This document shows, in pieces, positions 12,650-25,646 of a DNA stretch of 64,000 nucleotides. A program made the translations under genes and the position numbers. The notes below the pieces were generated by a model. That model saw only the letters and a list, made by a program, of their open reading frames with translations. It did no database searches and had not been told where the DNA came from. Source of the stretch: Octopus sinensis (taxonomy: Eukaryota); contig NC_043004.1 in NCBI RefSeq assembly GCF_006345805.1, positions 81,840,001 to 81,904,000 of the forward strand, read 5' to 3'. Within the stretch, counting starts at the first letter, position 1; each line of letters begins with the position of its first letter.

Positions 12650-13085
12650 GGTTGTCTACTCCTTATGCAGAGTTTGACCATCTACTGTACCTACATCTTA
12701 AAATCATCATGGCTTCTGATGTGGCTTCTGAAACCAGACAATGTTTTGAAAAGACACCCACATAGATTGCATATCCGATTTGGACCACAAAGAGCTGCAG
12801 TTAAGTTCTGATCTTCGTGGATCTTAAAATGTCTCTTGTGGCCTCCGTTAAATTTGCAAACCTTCTGCCATACATTGCATTGAAAGGTGTGCACAGACAT
12901 ATAGGCCAAATAGTTAGTTGGTGGAGGTTCGTTTTCCATGGGTTCGCAAATGAGATTTGAGTCCAGCAAAAGAAACGCATGGTCTGTCAGAAACTGTGCA
13001 TACAAAAATGTCGCCTTCTCGATTGTAACATTCTTCGCGTGTATCCTGGCCTCTTCAAACACTTTCACTCTACTCCACACTTTTT
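12650..13085 (-). mobile_element. RTE-clade LINE 3' fragment with two C2H2-like fingers
   Basis: ORF 12691-13080: WSRVKVFEEARIHAK, CNVWQKVCKFNGGHKRHFKIH, CNLCGCLFKTLSGFRSHIRSH, the usual RTE ORF2 C-terminal layout. Confidence 0.75.
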
Positions 13086-13086
13086 G

Positions 13087-13216
<130 letters not shown>

Positions 13217-13893
13217 CGCTGACGTAATACCGATATAATATAGTATAAACCTTAGGCATAAATTTTGACGCACTGTTACAAAGCAGATAGATCCATGACG
13301 GGCTTCCCTGTTTTTCGCCCAGGTCTCTGGCAGACCCAAGGTTATGTAAATAACATATGCCTTTGATGCTGCGCCTTGAGATAGAAACTAGAACATCGTG
13401 ATTGCGAAGTAAGCCGCCTAACCGTTCGATATCTGCGTGTGTGTATGTTTCTGTGTGTGTGTGTGTGCGTATCTGTGTGTGTGTGTGTGGTGTGTGTGTG
13501 CGCGCGCGCGTGTCTATGTATATATATATGTATATATATATATTTATATATACATATATGATCTTAAACATTAACAATTATATATATACACACATACATA
13601 CATATTATATATTCACAGGCATGCATACATATCATACATACATACTATATCATATACATATATATATGTATATATACATATATTATATATATATACATAC
13701 ATATATATATACATATATATTATATACATGTATTATATATATATAATACTATATATATATATATATAATATATATATATATAGTATATCTATGTATGTGT
13801 GTGGTGTGTGTGTGTGTGTATAATCCAATATAAATAATGTATATAATGCAATTTAATATAATATAATAAAGTATAATATATAAATATATATGT

Positions 13894-13926
<33 letters not shown>

Positions 13927-14354
13927 GACACACATACACACACATACACACACACATACACACACACACACACATCTTCATCGGTTAATTGCAAACATTG
14001 AAGGCACACAGGATCGTGTCGGATACGTCACTATAAGATATTTGATAACATACGTCACCGTCCTCATATTTACCTTCATTCCTCTATTCCTACATTCTGT
14101 TGATTAAATATTCTTATTTGGTTTCAACCTGTTATCTGAATATTGAATTATTATCTTAGTGTTTACATAATATTTCAGTCAAATATTCTTGTTGTTTTCT
14201 TATTGTTTCTCGTCAAACGTCAAAATATGATATTTTTTTATTGTCTTTTGTATTGAGTTTCTGATAACCTTCCATTTTAATAACTTATCGCCGCCGTTGT
14301 CGTGACTTTCGAAAGCGATGTTATTATTGTTGTTCGTGTTGTTCTTATTGCTCT

Positions 14355-15260
14355 CCTTATTGTTTAGCTCCAAGTCAGCCTTGACCGAGCAGATCCATTC
14401 TCGATTAAACTGATTCCGACCGGGACCTTCCTATCTTATTCATTTATGACTATATTACTTATGATTAAGACTATATTATCTACGTTTATACATTTATGAC
14501 TATATTATCTACGTTTTCAGTGAAGACTTGGCTATCATTTCTAGCAGGTTGAGAGACTCGGGAAAGGACCTTTTCTTGGTTCTACAATTGTTCTTCTTGT
14601 TGCTTAGCTCCTAGTCAGCCCCTGATCGAGCAGATCTATGCCCCACAAAACTGATTCCGACCGGGACCTTATCTTATTCATTTATGACTATATTATTTGT
14701 GTTCTTCGTTTTCAGTAAAGACTTGACTATCATTTCTTATTTCTTTATTGCCCACAAGAGGCTAAACATAGAAGGGACAAACAAGGACCGACAAACGGGT
14801 TAAGTCGATTATATCGACTCCAGTGCGTAGCTGGTACTTATTTAATCGACCCCGAAAGGATGAAAAGCAAAGTCGACCTCGGCGGAATTTGAACTCAGAA
14901 CGTAACGGCAGACGAAATACCAATTTCTTTACTACCTACAAGGGGCTAAACACAGAGATGACAAACAAGGACAGACAAACGGATTAAGTCGATTATATCG
15001 ACACCACTGTGCAACTGGTTCTTATTTAATCGACCCCGAAAGGATGAAAGGCATAGTCGACCTCGGCGGAATTTGAACTCAGAACGTAACGGCAGACGAA
15101 ATATCGGTAGGCATTACGCCAGGCGTGCTAACGTTTCTGCCAGCTCGCCGCCTTCATTTCTAGCAGGTCGAAGGACTCGGTAAAGCATCTTTTTTGGCTC
15201 CATAATTGTGGTTCCTTTCAAGGGAAATTTGGCTATTATTTCTAGCCAGTCGAGAGACTA
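14355..15260. repeat. About 240-bp tandem repeat (two units plus a partial), second unit split by a SINE dimer
   Basis: gctcc(a/t)agtcagcc..gagcagatc..aaactgattccgaccgggacctt..gactt(g)gctatcatttctagcagg recurs at about 14357 and 14606; partial at 15225. Confidence 0.8.
14738..15153 (-). mobile_element. SINE family B dimer (full plus 5'-truncated copy), 8-bp TSD tcatttct
   Basis: Full unit 14922-15153, truncated unit 14738-14921; TSD at 14730-14737 and 15154-15161. Confidence 0.9.
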
Positions 15261-15271
15261 TGATCTCTTGT

Positions 15272-15374
15272 TCGAGGCACCAAAACAAAATCGAAGCGTC
15301 CATCCCGTTTTTCACTCGATATAGAATCTACATAAAAACGGGATGGACGCTTCGATTTTGTTTTGGTGCCTCGC
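15272..15374. mobile_element. 103-bp micro-MITE: 40-bp perfect inverted repeat, 8-bp flanking direct repeat
   Basis: Arms 15273-15312 and 15334-15373 are exact reverse complements with a 21-nt spacer; tctcttgt at 15264-15271 and 15375-15382. Confidence 0.85.
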
Positions 15375-15578
15375 TCTCTTGTACACGACTATGAGGATTT
15401 GCATTCCCAAACTTATAATGTAATACATGTCCTTGGAATAGTAATTGTACGCGGCTGAAGAAGGCTATTGACATACAAATTACATCAATTATGCATTGAT
15501 ATAAACCGTCTAATAAAAGCCAGAAACATATGTATCGCTAAATCCTTTGCATCATGTTTTTATTTTGATAAATATACA

Positions 15579-15610
<32 letters not shown>

Positions 15611-15965
15611 CATATGTATGTGTGTGTATGTGTGTGTGTGTGTGTGTCCTCATACATATTTTAACGCCTTTTATAAACTTCATTTTATAAAACTTCATTT
15701 CATAAGTGTTGCCCTCATGCCAAATAATAAGGCCGTATCATCATCATCGGCAACAGCGGCAGCAGCAACAACAGGAGAAAGTGGAAGAAAAGTAAAATAA
15801 GGAAGAGGAGGAGGAGAAAGGGGTGGTGGTGGTGGTGCTGGAAAAGGAGGAGGATTACTATTTATAGCAAAGTTGGACGTTATGTAACTTTACAAGAGGA
15901 GGAGAAAATGATAACAACGGCGGATCTGTAGTATCCTTCAATGGCGACTTCTTGATCTTTATTTG

Positions 15966-16052
<87 letters not shown>

Positions 16053-16686
16053 CTCTTGTGTTCCCACCCACCCACCCCCGAAAAGCGAAAGCGAAAGTAG
16101 AAGTCTCTAAACATTATCGATTCAGCTCTGCTGCATCGTCTTCATCTCACCTTCGAAATCGTGAAAGGTCAAATCAGAGAACAGTGAGAAAAGAGCTTTG
16201 ATACTCTGTTGACCTTCCGAATCGTGAAAGATCACATAAGTAAGCTTTTGATGAATTCATGTTCCAGAATCTGTCTTCGCTTCTTCCATTTCCTATTGTT
16301 GTCTTTCTTTCGTTTTTGTTATTGTTTTTTATTGCTTGTTGTTGTTATTGTTGGAAAATGTTTTTTTATTTCATTAATCTGTTCATATATTTATTCGTTA
16401 ATGTATCGTTGTTATTTCTAGATTACTTACCTGAAATTGTTGACATCTTTCATTCGTAATGAGTTTTTTGGTTTTTATTTATTTATTTATATATCTATTT
16501 TTGCTTTGTTTTATTTTATTATGCCTTAAAGAAAACATCTGAGGATTGAGTTCGCTATTTGATTGGCATGAAACTTTGTGTTTAACTATCATATCAAGAA
16601 TAAATATCACATTTACTGTACGATTGATTTCCCTTTATATCATTTCTGTCGATCATTACTATACTTAGGCACGTACATATGTTAGT

Positions 16687-16976
16687 GGAGGCACATGGCC
16701 TAGTGGTTAGAGCAGCGGACTCGCTTTCGAGGGATCGCGGGTTCGAATCTCAGACAGGGTGATGTGTGTGTTTATGAGCGAAAACACCTAAGCTCCACGC
16801 GGCTCCGGCAGAAGGTAATGACGAACTTCTGCTGACTCTTTCGCCACAACTTTCTCTCACGCTTTCCTCCTGCATCTTGCAGCTCACCTGTGAAGGACGG
16901 CGTCCCGTCCAGGTGGGGAACCTATACGCCAAGAAACCTGGAAACTTATGAGCCAGGCATGGCTCGAGAAGGAACA
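16687..16976 (+). mobile_element. SINE family C (tRNA-derived head), full length
   Basis: A box tggcctagtgg (16696), B box ggttcgaatc (16740); matches the minus copy at 42726-43037. Confidence 0.92.
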
Positions 16977-17636
16977 TACATGTGTTACTCTGAAAAAGAT
17001 TAAAATAAATGAAAAATCAGAAACGAACGAATTTATTTGATAAGCCAATACATATTTTGGTTTTCAGGTAAATTTGTTTTTCTTTTCCGTTTGGCACTCC
17101 ATCGTTACATGTCTGAAAAGAGGTAAAATTTATTCAAATTTCAAACACGAATAATAAAAGATGTAAAGGAGGAACAGAGCTACAAAAATCAATAGAAACT
17201 ATGATGCGAATAGCTTCTTGTTAATTCAAATGACATTAGAGAAAAAGAAAACGAACGAATTTATCTGACAACCGAATACAATGAGCAAGGGAGATAAGTA
17301 TCATAAGCTCAGATGATTGAAATTTTGTCTGGTTTGGGAACACTAGAAGCAGTACTGGTTGGTGTGGCCACTATTTCCTAATCTACTAATTATTTATGTT
17401 ATAATATCAGATGAACGGAGATTTTCAATTCATTATATTAGCCTACAATATTTGTATTTAGCATGCAGAACGCTGCTGTGTGGCAATTTTCTCTCAGCCG
17501 TATTATTAACGATGAGAATAATCAACGAGCTGAACACTTTCAATTACCAATGGACCTGATTAGGAATTATTGTGTTGGGAATAAGATTAAATCGATAAAT
17601 CCCTTCCTTAAAATACGTAACCATGTGGCAGCTACA

Positions 17637-17951
<315 letters not shown>

Positions 17952-18175
17952 AAAGGCAGTGAACAGGCAGAATTGTTACCGTGCCGGACAAAATGCTTAG
18001 CGGCATTTCGTCTGTCTTCACGTTCTGTATTCAAATGTTGTTACGGTTGACTTTGCATTTCGTCGTTTTTTTTGGGGGGGGTCGATGAAATAAGTACCTG
18101 TTACGCACTGGGGTCGATGCAATCGACTAGCCCCCTCCCTCACAATTTCAGAAATTGTGCGTGTAGTAGAAAGGA
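17952..18175 (+). mobile_element. SINE family B (B2 tail variant)
   Basis: aaggcagtgaacaggcagaa head, gtcgatgaaataagtacc core, gtagtagaaaggattatt tail. Confidence 0.85.
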
Positions 18176-18199
18176 TTATTATTATTATTATTATTATTA

Positions 18200-18250
<51 letters not shown>

Positions 18251-18281
18251 CATTATTATTTTTATTTTTATTATTATTACT

Positions 18282-19905
18282 ATCTGCATGTTTGTTACAA
18301 TCACTTGCCGAGACACATCCAGCGTCCTAGGGCGGGTGATGGATAAGAGATGTTACAGTATGACTGAAAGGTTGGGGAGGGGATGTGGCAGGGGCAGTAG
18401 CGAAATATTTTCATGTAATACAACACAGATATTTAAATGGATAGGGTTTTTCTAAGGATGTGGGCAGTACAATCTTTTGGATTTCTCTGAGACATGTTTT
18501 TTCTGCGATATTATCGAGATGTTTCTGACATCCCTTTCTTATCATACCTAAGGCACCCATAATGACACGAACAGTTCTCGCTTTAAGATGCCACATCTTT
18601 TGTATTTCAATTTCCAAGTCCTTATATTTACCTAATTTGTCAAATTCCTTTACAGGTATATTTTTATCAGTGAGAACACTTACATCTATTAGTCTACAAG
18701 TATTTTCTTCTTTGTCTTTAATAATTATGTCTGGTATATTAGCCTGGATCGTTCTGTCAATGTTGACTAGAAAATCTCAGAGGATAGTGACATTTTTACC
18801 TTCATTAATGACGTTTTACTTTCATTAGTGACATTTTTACCAACGACTGACTCAGGGTGATGTTCATGCGAGTAAGCAGGAGTGTTGATTTTGTAGTGGT
18901 TACATATTTCTCATTGTAGTCACTGTCCTACCCTATCATGGCGATTTTTTTATTCGTTTGGTGTCAGTACAAGATATCCCGTGACGAGATGGTCTATTGT
19001 TTCGTCAAATGTGTTGCAGAATCTGCATTTAGGGTCAGAACCGTTTTGAAGAACGTTAGCCTAATAGTTTTTTGTAAGCAAGCATTGATCTTGTGGCGCC
19101 TATATGAAACCTTCAGTCACTGCTTTCAGTCTTGAACTTCTAAGCCACTGATGGGTTTTTCCTTGGTTCATATCACCATTTCGACTTCGAAGTATACAGT
19201 GTCCATACAGAGGCTTCTGGTTCCACCGCTCCTCCATTTTTTTCGGCCCGTTCTTTTTTTTTTTTTTTTTTGTAGTCTGTTTGATCAATTTTGCTTCTTC
19301 TGTGGCAGTGGTTTCAGGTTTTTTTTTATCTAATTCAGGGTTGATGCCAAATTCCCTCGCGAATTTGCAAGTTTCCTTGTGATTTTTTTACTGCTTTCGT
19401 GTTTGTACACAAGCCAAAGCATCCATTCCTATGTACTAGTACCTGTTCATTGCTATTCTGGAGGCTTTGTAGCACAGTTCTACTTGCATCATTCCTCTTC
19501 CCCCATTAATTCTAGGTAGGTACAGACGATCAACATCTGCTTTTGGGTGGTGCATGTTCTTAGATATTAGTAGTTTCCTTGTCTACCTGTCCAGGCATTG
19601 GAGCTCTGTAAGACTCCAGTTGATGACGTAAAACTCTATTGCGATTTCTGGAATTGAGTTCAGTTTTTAGTATGAGTCTTATTCTCTTGTAATACTCCTG
19701 TCTTATTTTTCCTTTCATGGTAGCATGTCGTATGCCATCTTCCTCGTTTATCTCCAAGTATTCATAACTTTCTTGTTGGTCAATGCTCCTTGAAGGTAAC
19801 GTCGGTATCTAATCTAATGAAAGCAGTTTGCTTGAGTTTGCCTCTTACAAAAGTTGCTCTCGCACATTTATCAAGGCCAAAATCCATCCCGATGTAATTT
19901 ATTTT
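18282..19905 (-). mobile_element. R4/Dong-type LINE, 5'-truncated 1.6 kb (family 4)
   Basis: Minus-strand pieces IGMDFGLDKCARATFVRGK, IRQEYYKRIRLILKTELNSRN, QWLRSSRLKAVTEGFI, EIEIQKMWHLKARTVRVIMGALGMIRKG; AAT tail on the element strand. Confidence 0.9.
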
Positions 19906-19906
19906 T

Positions 19907-19945
<39 letters not shown>

Positions 19946-19984
19946 TCATCATCATCATCATCATCATTATTATTATTATTATTA

Positions 19985-20015
<31 letters not shown>

Positions 20016-20020
20016 CATTA

Positions 20021-20073
<53 letters not shown>

Positions 20074-20120
20074 CATCATCATCATTATTATTATTATTAT
20101 ATTATTATTATTATTATTAT

Positions 20121-20673
20121 TGAGTGAAGAGCAGTTCATGCCATCAAAGTGACACTGGGGTAAAAGATACGAAGCCCAATATACCCATCATGACTACCCG
20201 TCTGATAAGGGTACACCAGGCACATGCATCACAACCATATGTGCGCGACATGGTGATCTCATATCAAGAGAAACAGCACATGACCTTGCAGGTGGGGCCC
20301 CATTAGAATTTTTCTTCAGGTTGAGTAGCCCATCCCGCTCAAAAGGTCCTGAATAAGGTTATTTAAGGATGTTGAAAGAACCACCCATGTTTCCAATAGG
20401 TGAATTATTCAAACCCCAAAGAATACCTCTCAACACATGGCTATGATGCTCCCCACTACTTCTGTTCGTGATCAGAGATGCACATATCGTCAGCCACTAA
20501 GGGACATGCTCAACTGGTTAAGGTCAAACAACTGACAAGCAAATCTGTGGTATTGAGCAGATATTTGCTGTAGCCCATCTTTTATACCAAGACAAAAAAC
20601 AATGTACTGATACACTTCCAATCAGTAAGATCAGAAGCCATGAGAGCCACTTCCTGGTAGTGCATCAGGGCAT
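20121..20673 (-). mobile_element. About 550-bp non-coding element ending ..ctcactc-(AAT)n (family 7)
   Basis: ATT tracts on both sides; its 3' 300 bp recurs at 28949-29249 in the opposite orientation. Confidence 0.8.
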
Positions 20674-20720
20674 TTATTATTATTATTATTCAATTATGTA
20701 TTATATTATTATTATTTATT

Positions 20721-21692
20721 ATTACATCCACCTAAGCGAAGGCGGAGGTATTGTTTTCAGTCGCGTTTGTTTGTCTGTCTGTTTGTTTGCTTGCTTGTTT
20801 GTTTGCCCGTGGACTAAATATCTCAAGAACCACTGGACGGATTCGGATGAAACTTTCAGGGATGTTTGGACTCGTGACTGGCACGAACTGATTAAATTTT
20901 GGGATCGATCTGGTTCCAGACAAGGATTCTGAATTATTTTTTAATATTTACTTTACATGATTACGACCTTACGTTGACTTTCAAGTCTTTCTCAATTATG
21001 GACCTTCAAGCTGTTTCCAAAGTTTTTATTTTCGTTTCTCTATTATCAATTTTACTCGCGTCTCTATCTTAGTAGCAGCTGATGGATAAAGAAATCAAAC
21101 TACATAAACAAACGGCGGCAAAACCGTTCAGAAATTAAGTAAAACTAACATGTTTTTATAGTATATTTATTATATATTATACATACATATTAACACTTTA
21201 CAGTATACTTACATATTATATACAAACATCTATACATCGATCTATAACAACAGGAATCCTAAAGGAAGGCCGGAATTTAAGAGATCAGAAAGCTAAAAGG
21301 TCTCATGCTATTCATATAAAAATTCCTGAGTAGAACTTATTAGTATTACATCCGCCTTTGAAACCATTTTGAATGATGAATTTGTTAACTTTGGCTTGTA
21401 TTAGATAAGAATAAACTATTTATTACCGTTACTAAATTTTCTACAGCCACCTTCCCATTCCATGACTACCATTGGGATCGATATGGTACCGGACAAGGAT
21501 ACCGGATTATTTTTCCTGTTTTTTTTTTTTTTTACTTAATTTTGAGAACGGTCTGTTTCATTTTTAACATTCTCATTTGTGAGAGCAGTCAAATTTATTT
21601 CAGATATTCTCATTTTAAAAATCATCTCTGGCTAATCGTTGAAAGGATGTTAGTGTTGTCTTGGCGGAGGTTTGCGCTCTCTGAGTGCGTTT
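20721..21692 (+). mobile_element. Helentron-type non-autonomous element (DINE-1/HINE-like) with a 533-bp internal insert
   Basis: 5' palindrome (a)tccacctaagcgaaggcggag, GTTT/GTCT microsatellite, 3' subTIR cttggcggagg, 3' hairpin gcgctc-tct-gagtgc; sister copy at 29555-29920 lacks the insert. Confidence 0.8.
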
Positions 21693-21704
21693 GTTGTTAT
21701 TATT

Positions 21705-21870
21705 CTATGTTTGACTTTTGCTTTATGTCTGTACAAGTTGGCTCCAAGTCTCACCCAGAGACCTCAAGAGACAACAGGCTGGAAGTTCACGTTGTTGTTA
21801 TGCCTAGTGTGCCATATATTTGGGGTTTTTTTGTGTTGTACTAGTGAATGTCTAATACATAAAAAAAATT
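21705..21870 (-). mobile_element. Probable R4/Dong-type 3'UTR stub (family 5)
   Basis: Minus strand gaggtctctgggtgagacttggagccaac..aagtcaaacatag-aataat; no readable coding part, so assignment is by context and recall. Confidence 0.55.
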
Positions 21871-21877
21871 TTTTTTA

Positions 21878-21915
<38 letters not shown>

Positions 21916-21940
21916 CATTATTATTATTATTATTATTATT

Positions 21941-22450
21941 CAGTAGTTTTATTTTTATAGCGTGCTTTCACTTCACTACCGAGCGCAGCTCTGTGTGCCT
22001 TGGGTATGTGCTGTGATTTGTTGTGATGCTCTGATGGTTATTGTATGGAAAGTGTTCTGCGTAGGATGTGTGCAGTGCCTAGTAGTGCAATTTTCTGTAT
22101 GTTATATGTGTTTGTAAGTCCTCGTGTTTTTGTTATGAAATTTTTTTCATGCCTAATAACACTACTATGATAGGAATTGTTTCTGTTTCAGATTCCACAT
22201 TCTAGTTACCTCTATTTCCAGGTCTTTGTATTTTGAAAGTTTCTCCATTTCTTTTAGAGACACGTTGTCATCAATTAGAAAGCATTTTTTTCTTCATGAT
22301 CTCTGACAACTATATCTGGTCTGTTGGCCTTAATTTCTCTATCTGTGTGTATCGGCATATCCCAGAGTATGGTTGCTTTCTCGTTTTCTGTGACCTTTTC
22401 TGGTGTGTGCCTATACCATCTTTTTTCTGGTGTGTGCCGATACCATCTTT
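21941..22450 (-). mobile_element. R4/Dong family 1, 5'-truncated copy
   Basis: Reverse complement matches 7310-7826; 18-bp internal deletion between gatg microhomologies; 27-bp duplication at the 5' junction. Confidence 0.95.
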
Positions 22451-22452
22451 AC

Positions 22453-22502
<50 letters not shown>

Positions 22503-22518
22503 TATTATTATTATTTTA

Positions 22519-22559
<41 letters not shown>

Positions 22560-22634
22560 GTTATTGTTATCATATTATTTTATTATTATTATTATTATTT
22601 TTATTTTTATTATTATTATTACTATTACTATTAC

Positions 22635-22674
<40 letters not shown>

Positions 22675-22679
22675 TATTT

Positions 22680-23088
22680 ATTTATTGCCCACAGGGGGCT
22701 AAATATAGAGGGAACAAACAAGGACAGACAAAGGGATTAAGTCGATTATATCGACCCCAGTACACAGCTGGTACTTGTTTAATCGACCCAGAAAGGATGA
22801 AAGGCAAAGTCGACGTCGGCGGAATTTTAACTCAGAACGCAAAGACAGACGAAATATCTATTTCTTTACTGCCCACAAGGGGCTAAATAAGCACAGAAGA
22901 GTCAAACAAGGACAGACAGACGGATTAAGTCGATTATATCGACCCCAGTACGTAACTGGTACTTAATTTATCGACTCCGAAAGGATGAAAGGCAAAGTCG
23001 ACCTCGGCGGAATTTGAACTCAGAACGTAACGGCAAACGAAATACCGCTAAGCATTTCGTCCGACGTGCTAACGTTTCTGCCAGCTCG
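22680..23088 (-). mobile_element. SINE family B dimer (full plus 5'-truncated copy)
   Basis: Full unit about 22859-23088, truncated unit about 22680-22858; same junction as the 14738-15153 dimer. Confidence 0.9.
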
Positions 23089-23099
23089 CTTTATTATTA

Positions 23100-23130
<31 letters not shown>

Positions 23131-23142
23131 TATTATTATATC

Positions 23143-23246
<104 letters not shown>

Positions 23247-23257
23247 CATTATTATTA

Positions 23258-23590
23258 TCTTTGCACAGCCTCTAACGCTGGAGGTGTACTACGGTGTCAG
23301 CTGTTCACTACCAGTGAACTAAGGTAACACCCCTTATTTTCCGTGCACTATCCGTAGTATTCGAGTGGTTCTGAAGGTGCTCCATCTTTATTGCAAGCCC
23401 TTATTTATTTCGATGTACTCCTCATGATTTTTACTCAGTGAACCCACGGATCCGACAATTACTGGTACTGCTACCATCTTTTTCAGCGACTACAACTGCT
23501 TAATCTCCCAAGCTAACCTGTTATATCTATCGACTTTTCTTTCTTGCTTATCGCATACCTTATTGTCTTTCTGTCTGTTTGTAAGAGCCA
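23258..23590 (-). mobile_element. R4/Dong-type LINE 3' fragment (family 6), degenerate
   Basis: Minus strand KVDRYNRLAWEIKQL*SLKKMVAVPVIVGSVGSL..TTRILRIVHGK*, then 3'UTR and AAT tail. Confidence 0.75.
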
Positions 23591-23716
23591 TCTATTATCA
23601 TTATTATTATTATTATTATTATTTATTATTATTACTATTATGATTATTATTATATTATTATTATTATATGTATTATTATTATTATTATATTATTATTATT
23701 ATTATTATCATTATAA

Positions 23717-23755
<39 letters not shown>

Positions 23756-23816
23756 TATTATTATTATTATTATTATTATTGTTGTTGTTGTTATTATTAT
23801 TTTTATTATGACTCTG

Positions 23817-23916
23817 NNNNNNNNNNNNNNNNNNNNNNNNNNNNNNNNNNNNNNNNNNNNNNNNNNNNNNNNNNNNNNNNNNNNNNNNNNNNNNNNNNNN
23901 NNNNNNNNNNNNNNNN
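23817..23916. other. Assembly gap (100 N)
   Basis: Exactly 100 Ns, typical of a fixed-size scaffold join; adjacency across it is unproven. Confidence 0.99.
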
Positions 23917-24330
23917 GGACATTTTTTAAAAAACAACAAAAAATGGTGTACAGGACAGTGAACACAACGAAAAAACCCCTTCTTCAGTCGCTAAGGTTTC
24001 ATCTACTCTACGTTTCGAAGGATAAAAGCGAGACGTATCTTCGACAAGAAACTTTCCTTCCTGCGAAAAGCAAATCAATTAAAATTCTGCGATCTTTTCG
24101 CAGAGGGGTAAAAAATGGTAAAAAAAATGTATGTTGTATAGAGAAACTGTACATCTCTCCCATTATAAATATACCAGTAGCCGGTCGACAGAAGGTCAGA
24201 AGATTGAGAGTAGGTGTAGACTATGCTGGTAGTCGTGTCTGTTCTGGTATAGTAATTATACTGTGATACTGAGTGGACGTTATAACAATCCAACGTTTTG
24301 AGGATAATAACACTGTATGAATAGGGGTCG
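23917..24330 (-). mobile_element. Interspersed repeat, probable Penelope-like end; second partial copy at 37315-37463
   Basis: aacaacaaaaaa..gtacaggaca..aacacaa..aaccttcttcagt shared with 37405-37463. Confidence 0.5.
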
Positions 24331-24351
24331 TGCAGTGCCAGATAGAACCAT

Positions 24352-24690
24352 TCTATCGACCACCTAACTCCCCAGACTGCAACTCTCTTGATTATCATGT
24401 GTGGGGCGGAGTTAAGCAAGAAATTAACAAAATTCCTTGCAACACCAAAGATGAACTGAAGTCAAGGATTATGGCAGCATTCACTAACTTAAACAAAGAG
24501 TGCGTCCAAAAGAGTTGCAGGAGATTCCGAAGTCGTCTTGGAGGCCGTGGTTGAAGCCAATGGCGATTGTATTGAATAAATTTACTCTTTAGAATTTCAA
24601 GATATATTTTATATAATTCTGGTAATATATCTGTTAAAATTGAATGGTCAGTGTTATTTTTATTTTGTGTAATTTAAACGACATGTTGTA
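24352..24690 (+). mobile_element. Tc1/mariner-superfamily transposase C-terminus and right end
   Basis: PPNSPDCNSLDYHVWG..KDELKSRIMAAF..CRRFRSRL(fs)EAVVEANGDCIE* (stop 24577-24579); terminal sequence ends cagtg|TA in the duplicated copy (25328-25334). Confidence 0.85.
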
Positions 24691-24850
24691 TATATATATA
24701 TATATATATCTATATATATCTATCTTCCTTCTTTCATTTACTACACACATGCACACACACACACACATATATATGTATATATATATGTAATGTAGAATGT
24801 ATATATGTATATATATGTAATATATATATTATGTTATACATGTATATATG

Positions 24851-24908
<58 letters not shown>

Positions 24909-24982
24909 CTATATATATATATATTTATAATTTAAATAAATGAAAGAATGGAGTTGAACGACGAATTAACAAAATTCCTTTA

Positions 24983-25065
24983 TTTTCGACATATGTTTCG
25001 AAGGCTGCATATTCTTAATTTCGAAGGAATAAGGGGTGCATTATGCCGCCTTCTCATCAGGAAAA
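24983..25065 (-). ncRNA. Type-I hammerhead ribozyme motif, intact core, extended stem II
   Basis: 5'-UUUUC CUGAUGA GAAGGC(42 nt)GCCUUC GAAA CAUAUG UC^GAAAA: stem I 5 bp, stem II 6 bp or more, palindromic stem III. Confidence 0.85.
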
Positions 25066-25348
25066 ACATTATCGCTATGGGCTCCGTGTGGGCAGTCATC
25101 TAAACGTTTTTGTGCATCTTGATGCTGACATAAGTTCCTTGTTTTTCTGACGTGAATTTGCTACCCAGGTATTGGTTAACCGAATTATCCATAATAAGAT
25201 AATTCATTCAACTACTCAAAAATAAATTTACTCTTTAGAATTTCAAGATATATTTTATATAATTCTAGTAAATATATCTGTTAAAATTGAATGTCAGTGT
25301 TATTTTTATTTTGTGTAATTTAAACGACAGTGTATATATATATATATA

Positions 25349-25396
<48 letters not shown>

Positions 25397-25550
25397 CATC
25401 TTCCGTCTTTCATTTACTACACACATGCACACACACACACACATATATATGTATATATATATGTATATGTATATGTTATATATGTATATATATGTATATA
25501 TGTATGTATATACATATGTATATATGTGTATATATATATACATCTATATA

Positions 25551-25599
<49 letters not shown>

Positions 25600-25646
25600 A
25601 TAAATGAAAGAATGGAGTTGAACGACGAATTAACACAATTCCTTTA

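Noticed and set aside
12691-13080. Host C2H2 zinc-finger gene
   Set aside because: Fingers follow an RTE-type C-terminal segment and lack TGEKP linkers; better explained as a LINE remnant.
16687-16760. Functional tRNA gene (also 42960-43037)
   Set aside because: The tRNA-like head continues into a shared 220-bp SINE body and lacks a closing acceptor stem and oligo-T terminator.
23975-24060. CUGAAGA and GAAA..GUA motifs in the repeat after the gap as a permuted hammerhead
   Set aside because: I could not build consistent stems in type I or type II topology by eye; a covariance-model search would settle it.
23544-24266. 240-aa ORF spanning the gap
   Set aside because: Artefact of (ATT)n plus the N run.
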